Of a DNA stretch of 64,000 nt, positions 42,938 through 51,139 are shown piece after piece. Position numbers and translations under genes: made by a program. Source of the DNA: an uncultured Armatimonadia bacterium (GTDB lineage: Bacteria; Armatimonadota; Zipacnadia; CAVVLO01); NCBI GenBank assembly GCA_963749155.1, contig CAVVLO010000001.1, positions 352,001-416,000 on the forward strand. Direction: 5' to 3'. Numbering within the stretch: the stretch's first letter is position 1; each line of letters opens with the position of its first letter. The notes beneath the pieces are model-generated. The model saw only the letters and a program-made list of their open reading frames with translations. It was not told the origin of the DNA and ran no database searches.

Positions 42938-45130
42938 ATGAATCTGCCACAGATTGCCAAAGTGTCTCGTTGGAGGCTCCAGATGACCGCGCTTATTCTG
43001 ATTGCGGCCTTGTGCGCCGCGCTTGCCCTTACTACACAAGCTGCCCCCGTCCAGCCGAAAGGCGAAGTCGTGCTGAAGCCTTTCGACCTGCAAGGTGTGA
43101 CCCTTGGTGGCACCCTCCGCCGGCAGGTGGAAGAGGTATCGGAATACTACCTGCGCCTGGTGAATGATGACCTGCTGATGCCCTATCGCCTGCGAGCCGG
43201 CCTGCCCGCACCTGGCGCCGGTATGGGCGGCGTCTACGTCGGTCACAATCCCTTCCCGCAATATCTCTCCGGCCTGGCGCGCCTCTACGCCGTCACTGGC
43301 GATGAGCGTTGCCGGACCAAGGCTCTGATTTTGCTGGAAGGCTGGGCCGAGTGCCTCGAGCCGGATGGGTTCTTCTTCTCCGACCGCAATCCAGGCCTGT
43401 TGCATTATTACTATGACAAACACGTCGCTGCCCTGGTGGATATCTACCTCTACTGCCATGAACCTAAGGCTTTGGAATACCTTTCCCGCATCACCGACTG
43501 CGCCGAGAAGGAACTCAGCCGCGTGAAGCTCTATGCCAGCCCCACTGGCTTTGACGGAGGCGAATGGTATACCCTCGCCGAGAATCTCTATCGCGCCTAC
43601 CTGGCCACCGGAGACACCCGCTATCGCGATTTCGCAAAGGTCTGGGAGTATCGCGACTACTGGAACTGCTTCGAATCTGACCCTGGTAAGGTGCTCTTCG
43701 AGGTGCTGGCCGAGAAGCACGGCTGGTATCACGCCTACAGTCACGTCAACACCTTCAGCAGTCTGGCTGCGGCTTATCTGACCGAGGGCAATCCAGCCGA
43801 CCTGGCTCTGCTCGAGAAGGCTTGCGACTATGTGCGCGCCACCCAGTGCTATTCGACCGGCGGCTACGGGCCTAATGAGAACCTGCTCCAACACCCCACC
43901 CTGATGCAGTTGCTTGCTGAAACCCATCGTCACTTCGAAACCCAGTGCGGCTCCTGGGCTGGCTTCAAGCTGTCGCGCTACCTGATGGCTTTCACGGGCG
44001 AGGCGCGCTTCGGCGACTGGATCGAGCTATTGTTAATCAACGGCATCGGCGCTTCTATCCCGATGAGCGGCGATGGCCGCGTCTTCTATTACTCTGACTA
44101 TAATCCAGGCGGCGCCGCCAAGCACAACATCGATGCTCCCTGGGCCTGCTGCACTGGCACCCGGCCTCAGGCGGTCGCCGAATACGCCAATCTCATCTAC
44201 TTCCACACCGAGAACGCCCTCTTCGTGAATCTCTACGCCGAGTCCACCCTCCACTGGGAACGCCCTGGCGGCGCTGTCGAGGTCGCGCAGAAGACAGTAT
44301 TCCCCGAAATCGAGCAGACGGTGCTGACCCTTGCACTCGATACTCCGGCAGAATTCGCTATCAACTTCCGCCTGCCCGGCTGGCTGGCTGGCCCTGTGCA
44401 GCTAACTGTGAACGGTGAGCAGTGTTCGCCTGAATTCACGGAGGATGGCTGGGCCAGGGTCGAACGCACCTGGCAGAGCGGTGATGTCCTTAGTCTCAAG
44501 CTGCCGATGAAGCTTTGGGTTAGCTACTACGATACGCCCAACACTTATCCAGCCGCCCTGATGTATGGTCCGGTGGCTCTGGCTGTACGCGGGCAGGAGG
44601 GCAATCCCGCCTCGCTTATTCCGCTGGACAACCTGGAGGGCGCGCTTGAACCCTCGCCAGGTGAGCCACTTACCTGGCGCGTTATCGCCAATCCTTCCGT
44701 GCTGGTGCGGCCTTTTTACGCCTTCAAGGAGGGAGAACGCTATTTCCTCTATCTCGATCCGGCCGTCATCGCTGCCTGGGCAAGCTATCGTTCTGCGCGA
44801 TTCACGGGCGAGTGGAAGGACTATGGCGACTGGATGGCCTGCTTTGTGCCTGGTTCTTATGCAGAATATGACTTTAAGGGAACTGGGTTGCGGCTCCATT
44901 ACACGCTGTTCGATGATTGCGGCCAGGTTGAAGTGAGCGTCGACGGACAGGTTGTTGCAACCTTCGATGAATATGGCCCGGTGCGGGGGGAGAAGGCTTA
45001 CTTCGACCTGACCGGCCTTTCCGATGAGGCTCACACGCTGCGCCTGACCGTGACGGGGAAGAAGGCAGACGCTTCCAAGGGCAACTATGCGAATATCGGC
45101 GCCTTCGAGCGCCTCGACCCGCCGAGCTAG
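42938..45130 (+). CDS. GH127/GH146 beta-L-arabinofuranosidase-family protein with a C-terminal beta-sandwich, secreted
   Basis: HAYSH, Y.TGGYG, ETQCGS, WACCTGT and NLY..S motifs; signal-like N-terminus, start may be slightly downstream. Confidence 0.85.
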   Translation: MNLPQIAKVSRWRLQMTALILIAALCAALALTTQAAPVQPKGEVVLKPFDLQGVTLGGTLRRQVEEVSEYYLRLVNDDLLMPYRLRAGLPAPGAGMGGVYVGHNPFPQYLSGLARLYAVTGDERCRTKALILLEGWAECLEPDGFFFSDRNPGLLHYYYDKHVAALVDIYLYCHEPKALEYLSRITDCAEKELSRVKLYASPTGFDGGEWYTLAENLYRAYLATGDTRYRDFAKVWEYRDYWNCFESDPGKVLFEVLAEKHGWYHAYSHVNTFSSLAAAYLTEGNPADLALLEKACDYVRATQCYSTGGYGPNENLLQHPTLMQLLAETHRHFETQCGSWAGFKLSRYLMAFTGEARFGDWIELLLINGIGASIPMSGDGRVFYYSDYNPGGAAKHNIDAPWACCTGTRPQAVAEYANLIYFHTENALFVNLYAESTLHWERPGGAVEVAQKTVFPEIEQTVLTLALDTPAEFAINFRLPGWLAGPVQLTVNGEQCSPEFTEDGWARVERTWQSGDVLSLKLPMKLWVSYYDTPNTYPAALMYGPVALAVRGQEGNPASLIPLDNLEGALEPSPGEPLTWRVIANPSVLVRPFYAFKEGERYFLYLDPAVIAAWASYRSARFTGEWKDYGDWMACFVPGSYAEYDFKGTGLRLHYTLFDDCGQVEVSVDGQVVATFDEYGPVRGEKAYFDLTGLSDEAHTLRLTVTGKKADASKGNYANIGAFERLDPPS

Positions 45131-45139
45131 AAAGGACAG

Positions 45140-45230
45140 GCGCCGCAGGCCTGGAACGGGGGTGCGGGGGGTAATACCCCCTGCGCCTTCCCGCCTTGGC
45201 CTTATGTAGGGGCGGGTCTGAGACCCGCCC
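45140..45230 (+). repeat. REP-like family A (45140-45185) plus GTAG-type family C (45206-45230) between convergent genes
   Basis: GCGCCGCAGGCCTGGAACGGGGGTGCGGGGGGTAATACCCCCTGCG; GTAGGGGCGGGTCTGAGACCCGCCC. Confidence 0.8.
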
Positions 45231-45240
45231 AGCTTTATTG

Positions 45241-46564
45241 TTATTTGAGCCCTTCCCCGACCTCGATGCCTTCGAGGTCCAGTTCCGACACGTCACTGAA
45301 GGCGAGGGCCGGCCGCTCTTCAGGCCCAGCCGCGCTGAACCTGGCCTCTTTTAGCGACAGCCCTTCTACGTGCCGCGCCCAGAGGCCGTAAGCCGGCACC
45401 GTGCCACCCAGTTTAAAGTATTCCGGCCAGCGCACCGGGCCCGGATCGTCCTCGATGAACTCCGCGAGCCGCCCTCGCGCGTCCTCTTCAGTGCCGCCGC
45501 CAGGCCCAATATAGCTTAGCCCCTCGATATTGGCCTGCCTTATTGGATGCCCTGGCGTGCCTGTCATCATCAGGGCCGAGTCTTTGTCCAGTCCAGAATT
45601 GTCGATGCTCATCTGTTTGAAGCTGAGGTTGCGAAGCTCCCCATACGCGACCGCTTCCTCCGGCGTCTCGACCCCCGCGCGGCCCTTCGAAAGCGTCAGA
45701 AACACCGGCCGCGGGACGTTCACCATCGAGAGGTCGCTGAAGTGGAGGTCCTCAATCGTCCCGCCCTCATAGGCCTGGATCTTCAGCCCTGAATCCTCGA
45801 TATCGCGGAACTTGCAATCTCTGACGTCCAGCCGCCTGATGTCGCCATATGAGAGCAACCCGATGCGCATCCCGGCCCATTTGCTGTGGAAATCACAGCC
45901 GCTCACAGTGATATCCTGGCAGGGGTATTCGCGCTTCGAGGCCTGCAGGCAGATGGCATCATCGCTGGTGTCGAAGACGCAGTGGCGCACCTCGACACGC
46001 TCGCAGCCGTCGAAGTCGAGCCCATCGCCATTCCAGTTGGCCCGGCTGCTAATAGTGACGTTTTCCACCAGAACATCGCGGCAATACAGCCAGGCGGACG
46101 TCCACGCTGCCGGATCGCGCAAGGTCAGGTCGCGCAGAGTGACGCCCTCGCAGTTCGATAAGCCGCAGCAACATTGGCCTGGGGTCGCCGGGGAAGTGGT
46201 CTCGGTCGCCCCGCCCGTCAATCACGCCGTGGCCTTCGAGGGAAAGGTTCTGGGCGTCGCGCGCGAACAGCAGGCACCTGTCCATATGCGACTCGCCGAG
46301 GTACATAATATGGTGGGTGTCGGTGGTGTAGTCGGCGTGGTTCTGGCTGCCAAGCAGAGCGGCGTTCTCCTCGACCAGCAGCCGCACACCAGACTTCAGG
46401 TAGAGGGTTCCCGTGACGAAACTGCCCTCTGCGAGGCGAACTGTCCCGCCGCCGGCCGCCGCGCACGCATCGATTGCCGCCTGCAGCGCGCGCGTCTCGA
46501 CCCTTGTGCCATCTCCCACCGCGCCGTAGCGCTTCACGTCAAAAACCATCAGAGCCTCTCCCAT
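45241..46564 (-). CDS. GH28 polygalacturonase-family protein; frameshift near 46165
   Basis: YGAVGDG...T.A.Q.AID.C...GGG.V, G.G.IDG.G, NGDGLD, TSDDAICL and PAYG...RHV. Confidence 0.88.
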
Positions 46565-46574
46565 GCCTGAAAGA

Positions 46575-46682
46575 CGCAGGGGGAGCTTCCCCCTGCACCC
46601 CCACTAGCGGCTTCGCCGGACAGCGACCGAAACTGCGCCGCATCCTCTTTCGCCCCGTGTTTCGGGAGCTTGCTCCCGAAAC
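46575..46682. repeat. Composite REP module (family A plus family B)
   Basis: CAGGGGG-loop-CCCCCTGCACCCCCACTAGCGGCTTCGCCGGACA (46575-46622), spacer, family B at 46657-46682; same layout as 49960-50058. Confidence 0.85.
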
Positions 46683-46765
46683 CTGAGTCGCTAGCCTTTG
46701 ATGTACCCGTAGTACCGCCCCATCCAGTACGGCAGCAGCCAGGCGGCGGCGTCCTCTTCGCTCCG
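46633..46765 (+). repeat. 133-bp direct repeat, left copy (family B palindrome plus an orphan copy of the last ~25 codons of gene 48090-49932)
   Basis: Base-for-base identical by eye to 48032-48164 (CTGCGCCGCATC...CTCTTCGCTCCG). Confidence 0.95.
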
Positions 46766-46878
46766 TCCAGCCTTTCTTCTGAGACTGTACTGACTGAGTA
46801 TACGAGATGAACGGTGGTAGAATGAAGAGGGACAGATCAACCCAATTCCTCAACGAGACGAGCGCCGGGAGGCGAGGC

Positions 46879-47309
46879 ATGAAGACAGTCTATCTGGTTT
46901 CGTGTGTGAGCAAAAAGAGATCAGGAACCTGCTGCCGCAAAAGACCTCTATATGTCAGACTGGTTCCTGAAAGCTCGCTCCTACGTCGAGAAGAGGGACG
47001 GAGCGTGGTTCATCCTGTCCGCCAAATATGGACTGCTGGACCCAGACCAAAAAATCGAGCCGTACGAAGTGACACTCAACACAAGGTCGGTCTCTGCTAG
47101 AAGGGACTGGGCCCAGAACGTACTCAAAGCCCTCGAGACGCAGATCGAGCCAACAGATCGCGTGGTCATCCTGGCGGGCGCCAGGTACCGGGAGTTCCTG
47201 ACCGAGCGCCTGGAAGACGCTGTGTGCCGAGGTTGTGATTCCAATGGAGGGGCTGCGCATTGGGGAACAACTGGCATGGCTAAATTCGCAGGGGGCGTAT
47301 GATGAGTAG
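46879..47309 (+). CDS. DUF6884-type (YaaA-like motif) protein; frameshifts near 46925 and 47212
   Basis: Reconstructed MKTVYLVSCVSKK..PAAAKDLY.SDWFLKAR...WFILSAKYGLLDPDQKIEPYEVTL...ILAGARY...PMEGLRIGEQLAWL. Confidence 0.8.
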
Positions 47310-47998
47310 GGCAGAGCACCTCCAAGAGTTTTACGCGCTCATCGATGAATTGAGTGACCGGGTAGGCGGGGCGCGCTTGCTGGGAGAGTGCAGCGCGAGG
47401 TCGGGATGGCCCAACCGCGGCGTGTATTTCTTCTTTGAGGAGGGAGAGACTCGCAGCGGGCCTGATGCCAGGCCAAGGGTCGTTCGCATTGGCACCCACG
47501 CGGTGACAGGCCGGTTCGAAGACCACGCTCTGGCACCGGCTTTCCCAGCACAAGGGCGTCGAGAAGAGCGGTGGAGGCAATCATCGCGGCTCTGTGTTCC
47601 GCTTGTGGGTGGGTGCCGCGCTCATCGAGAAGGATCCTGCGCTCTGTTGCTCCACCTGGGGTTGTGGCTCATCGGCTCCGAGAGAGGTGCGGGAGGCCGA
47701 ACACGATTTGGAATGCCTGGTAAGCCAGCACATCGGCAGGATGCGCGTGCTAGGGGTGGCGGTCGATGACGCTGCTTCGACTGCAAGCCTGCGTGGCCTC
47801 ATCGAGCGCAACGCCATCGGCCTTTTGAGCAACTACAATACCCCTGACAGAATTGATGCTCCCTCAGCGCAGTGGCTTGGCCGGTCATGCCCGAGCGAGC
47901 GGATCAAGCAGTCGGGACTGTGGAACTCGAACCACGTAGACGAGGGTTACAACCCAGCCTTCCTCGAGGTGTTGGCCACCCTAATCAGGTCGACATAA
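47299..47998 (+). CDS. GIY-YIG-like nuclease-fold protein; frameshift near 47509
   Basis: WP.RGVYFFFE...RVVRIGTHA...TLWHRLSQH.G...GGNHRGSVFR...E...IERN.I.LLSN...SGLWN.NHV; G-x-Y / IG / R-x-x-x-H / E / N order fits GIY-YIG (inference). Confidence 0.65.
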
Positions 47999-48031
47999 GA
48001 CGGGAGCGGCTAGCTGCCCCCTCATCCTGAG

Positions 48032-48164
48032 CTGCGCCGCATCCTCTTTCGCCCCGTGTTTCGGGAGCTTGCTCCCGAAACCTGAGTCGCTAGCCTTTGA
48101 TGTACCCGTAGTACCGCCCCATCCAGTACGGCAGCAGCCAGGCGGCGGCGTCCTCTTCGCTCCG
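48032..48164 (+). repeat. 133-bp direct repeat, right copy (holds the real 3' end of gene 48090-49932)
   Basis: Identical to 46633-46765. Confidence 0.95.
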
Positions 48165-49932
48165 GCCGCCATCTCCACCGTCGGGCATCCAGGGATTGCC
48201 GTTCCAGCGCCAAACGCGACGTTCGTTCATCGCCAACACGCGAGTGAGCTGGCGCCTCGGCGTGCCCGGCGCGGTGCGAAATTCCACATCGTCTCGGTGG
48301 CTGTTGCGCATATCCCACTGAACCAGCTCCCAGGGCCACTCTTCAAGCGTCTGAACGCTCTCCTCCACGTCGCACGGCGCCCCGGACAGCGCCCCGTAGA
48401 AGAAGTTATAGAAGGGCGACCGCTCCGGCCTGATGCCCTGCCAGGTCTGCTGGAGTGTTGCAAGCAGCACCGAGCGGCGGATTGGGTCTTCTTCCAGCGA
48501 CAGCAGCGGGAAGTAAACGCAATACGCCAGCTCATCGTCCGAATGGTTGATGCCGTACCAGGGATACTGCCGCCGGTAGGTCAGCGAGTTCAACAGGTAG
48601 TGATGCTCGCGGATGAGTTCGTCATAGGCCACCTGGTATTTGGCTGACGGGACTATATGGGAGGCGACCTTGAGATAGCATAATAACTCGGTGGAGTTGA
48701 GCCCGCGCTCCTCGTTCCAGAAGGGATCGTCGTTGAGGAACTGCGGCCCGAAGACGCCCCAACGCGTCTTGCGCCCTGTGTGCCCGACCAGGGTGTAATC
48801 ATGCTGTAGCAGGTTGTCGGTCACCGCTGCAACCACCTGGCGAAGCTGTGCCTTCTCGGCTTCATCGGCCACCAGTTCGTGGTAGAGATACCAGGCCAGA
48901 TAATGCCCGTCCAGCTCATCGGAGGAGCAATCACCTTTGCAGATAACTCCAGGGTGCGTTGGCGACTCGTACCAGATCAGATCGTCTTCCTCTGGGATGC
49001 GCACTGTCTCGGTCGGGTCGAAGCCGTCTACCTCCTCGCCGCGGTTGATGATCGCCCGCGCAGGGCAGCCCGGATAGCCCGATAGCCGCGTCAAATCGAG
49101 CAGCGCCTCATGGCTTTTCTTCGCCAGGGCTCGCGCCTCCTCACTGCCCGTGACCGCATACCGGAAAGCTTCAGCCGCCACGTAGAGAGCCGTCCACAGC
49201 CCGTCATTGTCACTGGCTTCGTGGATGAACCCGCCTTCAGGGTCGACCGGGTGTCTTCAGATGGCAGCCCGTTACCCAGCCGCGCCGGTTGTGCCGCGCC
49301 GCATTGCTCTCCTCATAATGGGCAGCTTTCTCCTCGAGCGTAATCTCGGCCTCCCAGATACGCCCCACCCCGCCGTCGGTCGCCAGCAACACGGAGCCAT
49401 CGTCCTGGGGAAGCAGCCCTGTCACTTTGTTGCCCGGTAGCCAGCGCTTGCCCCAGAAATAGGTAAATTTGCCCGCCCTGAGTCGCCAGGCGCCCTCGCT
49501 CGTGCCTGCCCAAAGGTCGCCGTTTTGCGCGAAAGCGAGGCACAGCACGTCCTCATAAGGCATCCCGTCGAACCTGTCGAAGGTATGCCACCAGTCTTCG
49601 CCATCACTTGCCACGATGCCCTGGCTGGTCGCAAGCCACACCTGCCCGCGTCCATCGGCCAGTACCTGGCGGAACTCGGCGTCCATCCGGATTGTCGGCT
49701 GATTCAGTTTGTAGGTGGATGGCGCCTTCAGCGGCTGCCAGCCTTCCACCGGCCTCCAGCGGAAGGCCCCAGCGCTGGTGATAACCCACCAGCCGACTTG
49801 CGTCCGGGCAGCGCTCCTTACCTCGGCTCCAGCCGGCAACCCAGGAGGCAGCAAGGGTATCTCCGGCGCAGGGAAGGGCTCCTGACACTCGCAGCGCTCC
49901 GCCCTCAACTGCGGAAAAGTCCTCTTTTGCAT
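48090..49932 (-). CDS. Hypothetical protein with N-terminal beta-propeller repeats and a C-terminal helical barrel (six-hairpin-glycosidase-like); frameshift near 49245
   Basis: AAGGAG RBS; D.RG.VWLAT..G and NGDLWAGT.EG repeats; SDNDGLWT..Y.AA.AFRY, KGD.SSDE.DG and WLLPYWMGRY. Confidence 0.7.
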
Positions 49933-49959
49933 AAGTCGCTCCTTGATATTTGGAAACGT

Positions 49960-50058
49960 CACAGGGGGAAGCTCCCCCTGCACCCCCACTAGCGGCTTCG
50001 CCGGACAACTTCGCGACCTCGCCGCTGACCGCGTGTTTCGGGAACTTGTTCCCGAAAC
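49960..50058. repeat. Composite REP module (family A 49960-50007 plus family B 50033-50058)
   Basis: CCCCCTGCACCCCCACTAGCGGCTTCGCCGGACA is identical to the 46575 copy; GTGTTTCGGGAACTTGTTCCCGAAAC shows compensatory stem changes. Confidence 0.85.
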
Positions 50059-50068
50059 CCCCTTTCGC

Positions 50069-51127
50069 TTAGCCTTTCATCACTTCGTCCCAAAAGGCCA
50101 GATAATTCGCCAGCGGCACGTTGGGCTCCATCTCGGTGGAGCTTCCAATCAGCAGTCGCCCCTCCGAGCCTGTCTCCCTGATCATCCGGCGCGTCTCGGC
50201 GCGCACTTCCTCGGGCGTGCCGTTCGGCATCAGATGGGTGACGTCCATCCCGCCGACCAGAATCGTCTCCGGCTGCTGCCTGCGCAGCTCGTAGACGTCC
50301 ATCCCAGCGGCCTTCTCGAGCGGGTTGATGCCATCCACGCCCGCTGCGATCAGGTCAGCGATGATATCCATAATATAGCCATCCGAATGGAAGATGACCT
50401 GCAACCCGCGTTCGTGACACTGGGCACATATCCGCTCCACATCCTCGAAGAAGCCCATCTCCCCGAACATCTCGCGGCTGAACATCAGCCTCTGCTTGTA
50501 GGCGATGTCCGAGTAGATCATCGCCAGACCCGCCGTTTCTTTGTGCGCGGTGAGTGCGATATGGTCGGAATTGGCTTGCTCCAGCGCCCGCAGCCATCTC
50601 AGCACCAACTCGCGGTCGTCCGCCCACAGGTAGGAGAAGACCTCCAGCCCACAGCCTCCGAACAGCGCGTGGTTTATGGCCGTCGAGGGCGTGCAGAAGA
50701 TGAACTGCGTGCCGTCCAGCTTCTCGAGCAGCTCCAACTGGCCTGGGATGGCTGCCTGACACTGCTCGGGAGTTGGGCGTTCGTTTGCTTCCATCTGCTT
50801 GCAGGAGGCGGTTATCCACTGCTTCCAGCGCTCGATATCCGGTCGCGCGTGTTTACGCTGCCAGACGGTCCAGCGATAGGCCACATACTCGTTGCCCCAG
50901 CCATCGGTCCAGGTCTTGCCCTCTTCATTGGGCACCGAGAGATGCCTCGTCCCGTCAAGTGCCCGCCCAATCGCGCGCGCCGAGACGCTAAGGTCATCTG
51001 TACCGTCCAGAGGCGCCCCTGCAAAGTGGGCAATTATCGCATCGTTCACAAGAATATCGAAGATTGGCGTCCGTTCGGGCCTCTCGCCCCTGCACGCCTC
51101 GGCCATCAGTCGGGCTGAATCCTGCAT
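50069..51127 (-). CDS. URO-D/MtaA-CmuA superfamily protein
   Basis: PERTPIFD...ND, SDIAYK, FHSDG, GVDGINPLE, GGMDV and IGSSTE motifs; paralog of 29685. Confidence 0.85.
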   Translation of the reverse strand: MQDSARLMAEACRGERPERTPIFDILVNDAIIAHFAGAPLDGTDDLSVSARAIGRALDGTRHLSVPNEEGKTWTDGWGNEYVAYRWTVWQRKHARPDIERWKQWITASCKQMEANERPTPEQCQAAIPGQLELLEKLDGTQFIFCTPSTAINHALFGGCGLEVFSYLWADDRELVLRWLRALEQANSDHIALTAHKETAGLAMIYSDIAYKQRLMFSREMFGEMGFFEDVERICAQCHERGLQVIFHSDGYIMDIIADLIAAGVDGINPLEKAAGMDVYELRRQQPETILVGGMDVTHLMPNGTPEEVRAETRRMIRETGSEGRLLIGSSTEMEPNVPLANYLAFWDEVMKG

Positions 51128-51139
51128 CCGGTGCTCCTG

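Larger units (their letters stand above)
46766..48031. mobile_element. 1,266-bp inserted cassette bounded by 133-bp direct repeats, no recombinase or transposase
   Basis: Two plus-strand genes interrupt a minus-strand gene run; own extended -10 TGGTAGAAT (46815-46823) and GGAGG RBS; exact flanking duplication. Confidence 0.75.

Noticed and set aside
46633..48164. Diversity-generating retroelement template/variable repeat pair
   Set aside because: The length and 3'-of-gene position are suggestive, but the copies are identical with no adenine-specific mismatches, extend past the stop codon, and no reverse transcriptase is in the window.
8679..51127. URO-D-like genes as hemE or as evidence of methanogenesis
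   Set aside because: They lack the N-terminal RQAGR motif of HemE, and no tetrapyrrole or methanogen genes are in the window.
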